IMG/VR virus record: IMGVR_UViG_3300044627_003899
Span: 1 to 52,566 of that record
Reading direction: 5' to 3' (one strand)
DNA from: a virus
Taxonomy: Duplodnaviria > Caudoviricetes
Length of the DNA: 52,566 bases
Shown here one piece after another: positions 39,525 to 47,820 of this stretch. The first letter of the stretch is position 1. Every line of letters begins with the position of its first letter. A program made the translations under genes and the position numbers. The notes below the pieces were generated by a model, which saw nothing but the letters and a program-made list of their open reading frames with translations, searched no databases and was not told the DNA's origin.

Positions 39525-39547
39525 AGGCGTGTAATCAAATTGCTCCA

Positions 39548-41599
39548 ATGATTGTCAAATCCATCCAAAAGAACGTCGTCGAGTCTCACGACTTCCGTAG
39601 CGAAATCGCTACCATTGATCAGCAGGAGATGAGATACGTCTCCTCTCTCCTGCGGAACAACTATTCTGAGCCGATTCTCGCTACGGTTCGTGAGATCGTC
39701 GCCAATGCGCTCGATGCGAATCGCGGCTCTTCGCAGCCTATTTCCATTCAGTGTCCCACTAGGCTTGAGCCTGTCTTCAAGGTCCGAGACTTTGGGACTG
39801 GGCTTTCTGAAGCTGATCTCTTTGGCCTCTACACCAAGTATGGTCGCTCGACCAAGCGTTCTGACAACGCTTGCATTGGCGGGTTTGGTATCGGTCGCTT
39901 TGCGCCCCTGTCTTACACCGATTCTTTTACGGTTATCTCTTATCACGGCGGCGAGGCTTTGACCGTGATGGTTTACGTTGACGAGCACGGCGACACTCGT
40001 TTTTCGATGCTGAATCGCTGTAAGTCTAATGAGCCGTCTGGCTTGGAGATCAATATTGCGGTTAAGTCTGATGACGTTAGCTCTTTTCACACTGCGCTTA
40101 ACAACGTCTTGCGCTTTCAAGACTGCAATTCGTATACTGTTAATCTACAGGTTAATCAAATTAACTGGTTGATTAAGACCGATAAGTGGGCGGTATCGAG
40201 CCTTACAGAGAATTTCATTGTGATGGGCGGCATCTCTTATCCCATCAAGATCGACGCTTGCATTCCGTTGGATCACCCTATGCTCAAAGACTGGTCTTAT
40301 ACCGTTGGACTGGTTCTTTTCGCTCCGGTTGGTTCTGTTCCCCTGCACCACTCCAGAGAGTCGCTTGAGTATACCGAGCACTGCAAGAAGTATATTGCTA
40401 CTCGGATCAATCTTTTTATTAGCGAACTCGCAGCTTCTGTTCAGAAAGAGCTTGATTCTTTTTCTGATGGATTGGGCTTTATGAATAAGCTGTTTTCTGT
40501 GATGAGGCACAGGCTTACTAGGGTTCTCTCTGACCACGCTTTTTATTTCAATAAAAACCGCAAGGCAGTCCGCTCGTTCTCTTTGCCCGATGATTCTTAC
40601 AAGGCTTACACTCTGAACAGGAACAAGAACATCAGACCGCTGAAGAAGAGTTCTTTTCGCGTTGAGCCTATTGGCTTTGGATCGAGCGACTATGCTCTTC
40701 TGGTTGATGAAGGCGATAAGGGTAGCCTGACGCAAAAGGCTGAGACTATTCTCCGCGAGAATAAGACTCAATCCGTTGTTGTTGTGAGTAAGGAAGCTGC
40801 GACGGAACATTTCTTCATCGACACTTTCTCTTCTGACAAGGTTTTTTATACCTCCAAGGTAGAGGCTTTTACCAAGGAAAAGAAGCAGAAGGCTGGTAAT
40901 GTTCGCCTGCTTTCCCAAAAGGATACCCATCACGTTGACTTCTACAATAAGATTGGTGCCCCTGACACTGATTTTTATTACATTAAAATCTCTGTGCCTA
41001 GCACCGGAGGCCGCTCTAACAAGGGTACGGCTAAGTTTGGAATCCAGAGTGAAGTTGAAAAGTTTGAGGTCTACAAGGTTTTCAGTGCTTGCGAAGCAGT
41101 TGGCGTCACCGGAGTTGACAAGATTTACGGCGTGATTGACGACTCGTCTTTGCCCAGCAATGCCAAGAATCTTTCTGATCTCTTCCTCGCTGCTTGCGAA
41201 AAGAAGATGGAAGACATTAATGCTGAGTTGTCCCTGTATGCAAAGAAGAGAGCTTATCTCAGCTTGTGCTCTTATCGCACTCCACTCGTTGCTCTTGCAG
41301 ATTCTGGCAAACTTCCGAAAGACAACATTGTTTGCAAGTATGCGTCGAACATGACTTTAAAAAACGACAGTTCAGATGCACAGCTTGCCTGCACCAGACT
41401 GATCGAACAGATTGGAACCTTCTGGTTCAATCCTGCCGAAAAGTTTGATTTCACCAAGGAAGCTACTGAGGCAATGGCCCAGATCGATGCCAAGTATCCT
41501 CTTCTTAACATTGTTATTAATGGCCGATATGGCTATGCCGACCAAGCTACTATCGACAAGGTAATCGACTACATTAATTTTATCGACAAAAACTCTTGA
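39548..41599 (+). CDS. rIIA: RIIA-like protein (GHKL ATPase N-domain)
   Basis: YSEPILATVREIVANALDA, VRDFGTGL, YG.STK, IGGFGIG, YTDSFTV, VMGGISYPI, SRESLEY; followed by rIIB. Confidence 0.88.
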   Translation: MIVKSIQKNVVESHDFRSEIATIDQQEMRYVSSLLRNNYSEPILATVREIVANALDANRGSSQPISIQCPTRLEPVFKVRDFGTGLSEADLFGLYTKYGRSTKRSDNACIGGFGIGRFAPLSYTDSFTVISYHGGEALTVMVYVDEHGDTRFSMLNRCKSNEPSGLEINIAVKSDDVSSFHTALNNVLRFQDCNSYTVNLQVNQINWLIKTDKWAVSSLTENFIVMGGISYPIKIDACIPLDHPMLKDWSYTVGLVLFAPVGSVPLHHSRESLEYTEHCKKYIATRINLFISELAASVQKELDSFSDGLGFMNKLFSVMRHRLTRVLSDHAFYFNKNRKAVRSFSLPDDSYKAYTLNRNKNIRPLKKSSFRVEPIGFGSSDYALLVDEGDKGSLTQKAETILRENKTQSVVVVSKEAATEHFFIDTFSSDKVFYTSKVEAFTKEKKQKAGNVRLLSQKDTHHVDFYNKIGAPDTDFYYIKISVPSTGGRSNKGTAKFGIQSEVEKFEVYKVFSACEAVGVTGVDKIYGVIDDSSLPSNAKNLSDLFLAACEKKMEDINAELSLYAKKRAYLSLCSYRTPLVALADSGKLPKDNIVCKYASNMTLKNDSSDAQLACTRLIEQIGTFWFNPAEKFDFTKEATEAMAQIDAKYPLLNIVINGRYGYADQATIDKVIDYINFIDKNS

Positions 41600-41630
41600 T
41601 AAACCTCAACCGTAAATAATCATAAATAAC

Positions 41631-42746
41631 ATGAACAAGCCCGCCTACATCATGCAGGACAATTCCATCACGGTCTTCGTTGATGGGAAGCCTCACACGA
41701 TCAACAATACGCACATCAATTTTGCCGATCTTCGTAAGGCGATTTTGAATGCGGATTACGATGCGATTTCCTCGCTGGTCTCCGTTACCAGCAGAATCCA
41801 GAACGCCAGCTTTGGCAACCTTACCGTAAAGAACGGCGAGGTCTTCTACAAGAACCATCAGCTTCACGGTGTAGTTGTCGAGAAGCTCTTGGCTATGCTC
41901 TCACAGGGAGCAAAGGACGTTCAGAGCTTGATCAATTTTATTGATCGTCTGATGGCGAATCCTTCCGCCAACTCCGTTAACGAACTTTATTCCTTCTTGT
42001 CCTACAAGAGCCTGCCCATCACCGCTGATGGAAAGTTCTTGGCCTACAAGGGAGTTGATAATACTTTTTATTCCAAGCAGGGCAACAAGGACACGCTTGT
42101 TGTGAGCGGCAAGGTTGCCGAAAACGGTTCTATCTACAATGGCGTTGGCGAGACTATTGAAGTCGCTCGCCGCTCTGTTGACGACAACAAGGATAATCAC
42201 TGCTCTTTTGGTCTGCACGTTGGCAGCTACGACTACGCCAATAATTGGGCTGGTAACAATGGGCGTCTCCTTGTGGTTGAGGTTGACCCCGCTGATGCTG
42301 TCAGCGTGCCGACCGATTGCAGCTTCCAGAAGCTGCGCGTCTCCAAGTACAAGGTGATTTCTGATATCACTCCTGAGCGCAAGGAGATTCCCAGCGCGGT
42401 TTATAATGACATCGAGGGCACTGATAGCATCGATCCCACCATCAAGGATTCTTCAAGCGACTGCGACTTCTGCGACGATCCAGAAAACTGCGATTTCTGC
42501 GATTCAGTTCCGACCAATGTTCTTCTTCTCAAGATGACGAACTATGTCGAAAACTTTTTCGAAGATAATGGTCACTATCCGACCGTTAAGCAGATTCAGA
42601 GCCGCATGAAGGATTACGATCTGTCTTGTGAGCAGATTTTCCATATCCTCCGTGATAATGATTATATCTTTGAGTGCTCCGACGACAACGGCGCGCTTCC
42701 AATCTCCCAATACTTCATCGTTGGGCGCGAAGTCAATTTTGATTAA
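41631..42746 (+). CDS. rIIB: RIIB-like protein with acidic/Cys linker and C-terminal HTH-like segment
   Basis: RLMANPS..ELYSFL, LPITADGKFLAYKGV, CSFGLHVGSYDYA, VDPADAVSVPTD..KLRVSKYKV. Confidence 0.88.
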   Translation: MNKPAYIMQDNSITVFVDGKPHTINNTHINFADLRKAILNADYDAISSLVSVTSRIQNASFGNLTVKNGEVFYKNHQLHGVVVEKLLAMLSQGAKDVQSLINFIDRLMANPSANSVNELYSFLSYKSLPITADGKFLAYKGVDNTFYSKQGNKDTLVVSGKVAENGSIYNGVGETIEVARRSVDDNKDNHCSFGLHVGSYDYANNWAGNNGRLLVVEVDPADAVSVPTDCSFQKLRVSKYKVISDITPERKEIPSAVYNDIEGTDSIDPTIKDSSSDCDFCDDPENCDFCDSVPTNVLLLKMTNYVENFFEDNGHYPTVKQIQSRMKDYDLSCEQIFHILRDNDYIFECSDDNGALPISQYFIVGREVNFD

Positions 42747-42748
42747 CC

Positions 42749-43015
42749 ATGAACAATCCACTAACTGCTAAACTTAGCAATGCTAACGAAACGGAACTTG
42801 ATGTTGCTTTTGCGCTCCTCAAGTACCGAGAGATCGGGGTTTATCGCAAGATCAAGGCTCTTTGCCTTGCTTTTGATCTAAACTTTGAGGAGGTCGTTAA
42901 GACCTTGCCTCAAGAGAACGGGCGTCTGCTGGACAGCCAGACTCGCCACTTCATCCACGATTTCATGCTTGCTCGCGCAAAGCAGCTTTACACAGCAGGA
43001 AACACAAACAACTAA
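42749..43015 (+). CDS. Hypothetical protein
   Basis: 88 aa ORF in operon. Confidence 0.65.
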   Translation: MNNPLTAKLSNANETELDVAFALLKYREIGVYRKIKALCLAFDLNFEEVVKTLPQENGRLLDSQTRHFIHDFMLARAKQLYTAGNTNN

Positions 43016-43016
43016 T

Positions 43017-43313
43017 ATGCAAGCAGCATCTCTTACTCAAGGGTTTGAAACCAACAAGCATTGGTTTGAAGTTTGGTCTATTGAAACAAGTGGCTCACTC
43101 GACAAGTGCATCAATTTTTATGATGCCGCATTCGATAATGTCGCTGCTTGGGTCGCCAATTGCTTGAAACTGGAGAGTGATCGAACAGAAGACACGTTGG
43201 TAGTCATTCACGCATCTGTTCAAGACGGTGCAATCAGCCGCACTATCTTGCCCAGCACGCAAGGCGAAACTGTCTTCCAGACGGTCAAAAAGTTCCGGTC
43301 CACCCTCATTTAA
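43017..43313 (+). CDS. Hypothetical protein
   Basis: ATG 43017 right after the previous stop. Confidence 0.6.
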   Translation: MQAASLTQGFETNKHWFEVWSIETSGSLDKCINFYDAAFDNVAAWVANCLKLESDRTEDTLVVIHASVQDGAISRTILPSTQGETVFQTVKKFRSTLI

Positions 43314-43323
43314 ATTATTTAAA

Positions 43324-43650
43324 ATGACACGCGACCAACTGTTCGCCCATCATAATCATCTGTGCGCTAAGGCGTTCGATATTATGAAGACCAAGAACAA
43401 TGATTATGCTGGCAGCAAGGGCGATACCCCCTTTGCAAATTTCCAACGCTGCGAGGCAATGGGAGTTTGCTCTGTTGAGCAGGGGTTCTTGGTCCGAATC
43501 GTAGACAAGGTTTCTCGCCTTTCTACCTTCGCCGCTGACGGCAAGCTGGCAGTCAAGAACGAGACGTATGAGGATGCGATTCTAGACATCCTTAACTACT
43601 GCGTTCTTATGTCAGCTTACGTTAAGGATAAGACGGAAAAGGCTAACTAA
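43324..43650 (+). CDS. DUF1599 / nucleotide-modification-associated all-alpha protein
   Basis: KNNDYAG..PFANF, RIVDKVSRL, ETYEDAILDILNY. Confidence 0.75.
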   Translation: MTRDQLFAHHNHLCAKAFDIMKTKNNDYAGSKGDTPFANFQRCEAMGVCSVEQGFLVRIVDKVSRLSTFAADGKLAVKNETYEDAILDILNYCVLMSAYVKDKTEKAN

Positions 43651-43906
43651 TAGCTATTCCTGTTAAACGATAACCGGCATCGTAGGGCTTGATAAGCAGC
43701 CCTGTAGGCATACCAAGCTCTACGATTTTGCCATTAAACTCTCTGATTAAATGATCGGAGAAGTCTCCAAAAGTAGCATTGCCAGACGCTGCATAACCAG
43801 TGGCAGAGTACAATCCAGTAATTTCTGTCTTGTATGCCGCCCAATCGCCAGAAGCGGTACTAAAATTACTGTGTATCTCGGCTTGAAGTAAACGGGGGCT
43901 TTCCAT
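43643..43906 (-). CDS. Hypothetical protein (TG/SG-rich, possibly virion-associated)
   Basis: 87 aa; GTGTAA (43915-43920) 8 nt upstream. Confidence 0.65.
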   Translation of the reverse strand: MESPRLLQAEIHSNFSTASGDWAAYKTEITGLYSATGYAASGNATFGDFSDHLIREFNGKIVELGMPTGLLIKPYDAGYRLTGIAIS

Positions 43907-44000
43907 ATTTTATTTTACACTTAATGTTTATTTTTAGCTTTGCATTATTTATCATATTGACGATCAAACTTTTGCTAAAACCTAACTATTTCAAAAACAA

Positions 44001-44366
44001 ATGAATACGCGCAAAATCGCTATTAGCCGTGAATACGGCGGTTTCTTTCTCCCTCACCAAGCCATCGAAAGCTTCTTGAACAAGAAAGGAATCGCTTATG
44101 AGAAGAAACTAAGAGCCCATAATTTTTTTGGATCAAAATATTATTTCACTGTTAACAGTGAGTATTTTTCCTGCGGAGACATTGCAAGAGATGACCCAAT
44201 TCTAATCGAAACAATTGTTGAATTGGGCTTGGATAAGCCGTTGCAGGAAATGGGTCTGTATGATACTGCATTGAAGATTGTTGAAATCCCCGCTGACGTT
44301 GATTGGGTATTGATGGAATATGATGGCTGCGAATGGGTCGCAGAAAAACACCGTACTTGGCAGTAA
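44001..44366 (+). CDS. Hypothetical phage protein
   Basis: YGGF, RDDPILI..VELG, LKIVEIP.DVDW..EYDG.EWVAEKHRTW. Confidence 0.8.
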   Translation: MNTRKIAISREYGGFFLPHQAIESFLNKKGIAYEKKLRAHNFFGSKYYFTVNSEYFSCGDIARDDPILIETIVELGLDKPLQEMGLYDTALKIVEIPADVDWVLMEYDGCEWVAEKHRTWQ

Positions 44367-44367
44367 T

Positions 44368-44583
44368 ATGTCTGAAGACGCTCACGCCCCAACAATTGTT
44401 ATCTGTCAGTGCTGCGAGAATCAATTCAACCCAGAAGTAGAAGCTTGTAGGCAGGACGTTGACATTGGTTATGTTTGCGCCGACTGTTACGTTCAATTAA
44501 AATGGTCTTCTGCCATTTTAAAAGTAAATGGAATGCCCCGCTGCACAAAAGGCTTCAACGGTAGATTAAAAGATAATTTTTAA
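44368..44583 (+). CDS. Small CxxC zinc-finger-like protein
   Basis: CQCC..VCADC. Confidence 0.6.
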   Translation: MSEDAHAPTIVICQCCENQFNPEVEACRQDVDIGYVCADCYVQLKWSSAILKVNGMPRCTKGFNGRLKDNF

Positions 44584-45201
44584 TTACCTGACAATCAACT
44601 GCATCGTTTCACTCGAAACAGAGCCAGCACGATTAGAAACGCTAACAGAGTAAAGTCCAGCATCTGAACTCTTGAGGCTCAAAAGCTTCAAGGTTGAGCT
44701 TTGAACGCCAGATATAACCCTACCGTTCTTGCGCCAAACGAAAGTGAATGGCCCAGTGGCCTTATCATCAACGTTTGCTCTTAGGGTTATATCCTCATTC
44801 AAGTAAGCGTTTATTTCTGTACTGTAAAGGTCTCCAGACGCTACCCAGATATTTCGTCCTAAGTGAGTCAAGCTCCATTGAGAGCCGTAGGAGGAAACCA
44901 TAAAAGAATTTTCTGGGCTAATCAAAGTTGCATCATCTTTTGCTGATAGTTTGATAGGAACATCTGTCAAAGCTAAAAAATTAATTTTCGCACCAACTGG
45001 GAAACCGCCCCTAGAAGGCGCAATATAAACATTTAAGCTTTTAGATTTACCTTCAGAAAAAACGACCATCCCATTTAAATCAGAAACGTTTACCGTATAA
45101 TCCGTCTGACGATAAACAACTTTTGATTGAGCCAAAACAGGCGAGTTTAATGCAAAAATTAAAAACAAAATAACTGACGCTAGTACATTTTTGACTTTCA
45201 T
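44584..45201 (-). CDS. Secreted protein with signal peptide and C-terminal I-set Ig domain
   Basis: MKVK-hydrophobic-VLA/QS; FVWRKNG..STLKL..DAGLYSVSVSNRAGSVSS. Confidence 0.8.
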   Translation of the reverse strand: MKVKNVLASVILFLIFALNSPVLAQSKVVYRQTDYTVNVSDLNGMVVFSEGKSKSLNVYIAPSRGGFPVGAKINFLALTDVPIKLSAKDDATLISPENSFMVSSYGSQWSLTHLGRNIWVASGDLYSTEINAYLNEDITLRANVDDKATGPFTFVWRKNGRVISGVQSSTLKLLSLKSSDAGLYSVSVSNRAGSVSSETMQLIVR

Positions 45202-45246
45202 AGCATCTTTTAAATTATTTATTAACTTTACACCGAAATTTTAAAA

Positions 45247-45543
45247 ATGAATTTTAAACCACTGTCCGCCGAACTTAAAAATCACGGCATGACCATGAAG
45301 CTAATTAAGCGCACAGAAAAAGTCGCAATGTATTCAAAGTGCGGAGGTTACGAAGTTGTGCTTGTTCAGCGGCATGACGGCTACGAGATCAAGGGTGCCA
45401 AGGTTGAGGCCGCAGAATATTTGCCCAAGGACGAAGATTTCGGCAGCAAGGGTTGGCATTTCTCTGGCCCGCAAGGACTTGCGATGGCTGAAAAAAAGTA
45501 CCTCGATCTGCAAAAAAGTGTTGACGAGAAGAGCAAGATTTAG
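45247..45543 (+). CDS. Hypothetical protein
   Basis: YEVV..EYLPKDEDFGSKGW. Confidence 0.7.
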   Translation: MNFKPLSAELKNHGMTMKLIKRTEKVAMYSKCGGYEVVLVQRHDGYEIKGAKVEAAEYLPKDEDFGSKGWHFSGPQGLAMAEKKYLDLQKSVDEKSKI

Positions 45544-45549
45544 TACCTT
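45521..45549 (+). promoter_or_regulatory. sigma70-type promoter
   Basis: TTGACG-N17-TACCTT. Confidence 0.6.
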
Positions 45550-45570
45550 AGCATCATCACCACAACCACA

Positions 45571-45897
45571 ATGACTGAACAACTACATCACCAAGAAGCA
45601 ATGCACGTTTACGTGCTCGATAACAAGAAGCAACGGATCGGAGTATTCGCCGCTACCAACAACATCACTTTCCCCGATACGATTTATATCGGCTGGTCGC
45701 TTTGCAACTTCGCTGCTGGCGACCGATTTGATACTGATCTTGGAGTCGAGATCGCCTACCAGCGTTCTTTCAAGGGCTCCATCGCCCCGATCCCGCTGTC
45801 TATGCTTTCTGTTCGCCGCCGTGATGGCACAACTGTTTACGATCACTTCAAGATGCGTTGCGAGAGGTATTTTAAAGGCAAGACGGTTGTTGGTTGA
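45571..45897 (+). CDS. Hypothetical phage protein
   Basis: IGWSLC..DRFD..G..IA..R. Confidence 0.7.
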   Translation: MTEQLHHQEAMHVYVLDNKKQRIGVFAATNNITFPDTIYIGWSLCNFAAGDRFDTDLGVEIAYQRSFKGSIAPIPLSMLSVRRRDGTTVYDHFKMRCERYFKGKTVVG

Positions 45898-45918
45898 TAA
45901 CCCTCAATAACTCTTACA

Positions 45919-46230
45919 ATGGACGAGCGCACTCCCATTGCTCAAAGCTCCGTTGACTCTTACGATGGCAATGCTCCTTCTGCCACCGCCTCTTCAACGA
46001 TGAAGACGTACAACTTCATCTTAAACAAGTATCGGGCCGAGTTTGAAAGGGCGCTAACTTATGACGAATCGAAGGACCGCAAGCATCAGAAGGACATGCG
46101 TAAGTTAGCAAGAGAAAAGCAGCGTCAGGCAGAAATCGATCAGATCGAAAGAGATAATGCTGCAAAGCAAAACTTTGAAGATTTCAAAGAACGGGTAAAA
46201 CAAAAAGGCATCGTTACTAATTTTTATTAA
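45919..46230 (+). CDS. Hypothetical coiled-coil protein
   Basis: 103 aa ORF. Confidence 0.65.
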   Translation: MDERTPIAQSSVDSYDGNAPSATASSTMKTYNFILNKYRAEFERALTYDESKDRKHQKDMRKLAREKQRQAEIDQIERDNAAKQNFEDFKERVKQKGIVTNFY

Positions 46231-46237
46231 TTTAAAC

Positions 46238-46314
46238 GCGAGGATAGCTCAACTGGATAGAGCAACAGTTTTCTAAACTGTCGGTTCCGAGTTCGATTCT
46301 CGGTCCTCGCGCCA
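46238..46314 (+). tRNA. tRNA-Arg(UCU)
   Basis: GCGAGGA/TCCTCGC acceptor, ACAGT-TTTCTAA-ACTGT, GTTCGATTC, encoded CCA. Confidence 0.95.
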
Positions 46315-46319
46315 CTTTC

Positions 46320-46391
46320 GGGCGAATAGCTCAATGGTAGAGCAAACAACTCATAATTGTTAGTGTGCAGGTTCGACCCCTGTTTCGCCCA
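46320..46391 (+). tRNA. tRNA with CAU anticodon (Ile2 or elongator Met), no encoded CCA
   Basis: GGGCGAA/TTCGCCC, AACAA-CTCATAA-TTGTT, GTTCGAC. Confidence 0.9.
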
Positions 46392-46757
46392 TTATTTTTT
46401 ATTATGACTCGGATGATGAAGCTCCATATGACAATTCAAGCACAGCAGTTCGCATTTTTCAGCTTCCTCAATCAATCGCTCCCATTTTTTGTTCGATAGA
46501 TTTCTAAGATCGAGCGAAAACAATTTTGTTTTAGGATTTTTATGGTGAAATGAAAGTGAAGCATAATTCTTGTCATAAGAGCAGCATTTACATTTCCCGC
46601 CAAACATTTGTACCAATTTAATTTTTCTTTCGACGCCTCTTTTTTGTTGCATTTCGTAGTTTTGATGGGCATGGTTCAAAGCAGTTGATTTACATTGCAA
46701 AGAACAATATTTAGTTTGACGCCCAATTAACTCTTGACTGCACATTAAACATTTCAT
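46392..46757 (-). CDS. HNH endonuclease (Zn-binding), antisense, abutting the tRNA-CAU 3' end
   Basis: GGKCKCCSY..LSFHHKNP..KCELLCLNCHMELH; N-terminal CLMC..YCS..C. Confidence 0.85.
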   Translation of the reverse strand: MKCLMCSQELIGRQTKYCSLQCKSTALNHAHQNYEMQQKRGVERKIKLVQMFGGKCKCCSYDKNYASLSFHHKNPKTKLFSLDLRNLSNKKWERLIEEAEKCELLCLNCHMELHHPSHNKK

Positions 46758-46762
46758 ATAAT
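46734..46762 (+). promoter_or_regulatory. Near-consensus sigma70 promoter inside the 5' end of the HNH gene
   Basis: TTGACT-N17-TATAAT. Confidence 0.75.
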
Positions 46763-46803
46763 CATATTACACTTATTATGAAGAAATTCATAATCTTTTT
46801 TAA

Positions 46804-46992
46804 ATGAACATCACTCAAAAAGTCTTGATCGCCCTTGTCATCATCTCCAATGTCTTCTTTGCTGTCGCTTTCGGTTATGAGCTTGGCAAAAGAAATGTTC
46901 GCCAAGAAGCACTTTTGAATGGACACGCAGCTTATATCTACGACAGTGAAGGCGTGCCCCACTTTAAGTGGAGCGAGTGCATTCAATTTTAA
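46804..46992 (+). CDS. Small membrane-anchored hypothetical protein
   Basis: N-terminal TM segment. Confidence 0.6.
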   Translation: MNITQKVLIALVIISNVFFAVAFGYELGKRNVRQEALLNGHAAYIYDSEGVPHFKWSECIQF

Positions 46993-47006
46993 TTGATTAA
47001 AAAATT

Positions 47007-47273
47007 ATGAAAAAAGGTTACGTTATCGAATACAATGTTCGTTGCATTAAGACTGGCAAGCGGTTTCCAGACAACATTATTCCTTCAGAGATGTTTGGTG
47101 ACACCTTCACAGATATTATGAATGATAGCAAGATTGGCGACACTTCTATCGTTGAGAACATTGAAGGTATTTATTCTGAAGGGGCAGGAATTGGAAATCG
47201 TATGCTTTCAACACTTCTATTGGACACTACGGTTCCCGTAATGTATGACCAAATGTTTGTGGTAACTAACTAA
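47007..47273 (+). CDS. Hypothetical protein
   Basis: 88 aa ORF. Confidence 0.6.
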   Translation: MKKGYVIEYNVRCIKTGKRFPDNIIPSEMFGDTFTDIMNDSKIGDTSIVENIEGIYSEGAGIGNRMLSTLLLDTTVPVMYDQMFVVTN

Positions 47274-47279
47274 CTTTTT

Positions 47280-47354
47280 GGTGCTATAGCTCAATGGTAG
47301 AGCAGCGTCCTTTTAAGTCGTTGGTTGTGGGTTCAAATCCCACTGGCACCACCA
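47280..47354 (+). tRNA. tRNA-Lys(UUU)
   Basis: GGTGCTA/TGGCACC, GCGTC-CTTTTAA-GTCGT, GTTCAAATC, CCA. Confidence 0.92.
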
Positions 47355-47361
47355 ATTTTAT

Positions 47362-47437
47362 CGTCCCGTAGCTTAACGGTTAGAGCAAGCTCTTTATAAG
47401 GGCTAGGTTCTGGGTTCAAATCCCAGCGGGACTACCA
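47362..47437 (+). tRNA. tRNA-Ile(UAU)
   Basis: CGTCCCG/CGGGACT, AGCTC-TTTATAA-GGGCT, GTTCAAATC, CCA. Confidence 0.9.
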
Positions 47438-47820
47438 ATTTTATTCAGATCAATTAAGCCAGCATGAACTTCACAATGGCAGTTCTTGCAGAGTAAAACG
47501 CATTTATCTAACTCTCCTTTTAAAGATTCAAAAGAATTACTTTTCATCGTAGCTATTCCAAAATCTTTTTCTTTTGGATCAACATGATGGAAGTCCAGAG
47601 AGCCTTGAAATTTATTGTAGCCACAAACAAAACATTTGCCGCCCTTGTACTCAACGCATTTGCGCTTAATATTCTTTCTTAAAATCTTGTCTTGTTTGGC
47701 ATCGCATTTCTTGCAACTATAAATTTTGTTTTTTATACGAGATGGATAAAAGTCGTGAGTTTCTTCCTTGCAGTGCCTACAGATGATATATTTGTTTACT
47801 GCCTCTTGACTAATTTCCAT
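47416..47820 (-). CDS. HNH endonuclease (Zn-binding), antisense, overlapping the tRNA-Ile 3' end
   Basis: YKGGKCFVCGY..LDFHHVDP..KCVLLCKNCHCEVH; N-terminal CRHC..CKKC. Confidence 0.85.
   Translation of the reverse strand: MEISQEAVNKYIICRHCKEETHDFYPSRIKNKIYSCKKCDAKQDKILRKNIKRKCVEYKGGKCFVCGYNKFQGSLDFHHVDPKEKDFGIATMKSNSFESLKGELDKCVLLCKNCHCEVHAGLIDLNKIGSPAGI

Noticed and set aside
39529-39535. GTGTAAT in the rIIA leader
   Set aside because: Lies just downstream of a sigma70 promoter; ambiguous, so not counted among the motif instances
39473-40933. Long antisense ORFs (215 aa and 262 aa) opposite rIIA, and similar shadow ORFs elsewhere
   Set aside because: Fully overlap well-supported genes, have no motifs, and are expected from codon bias
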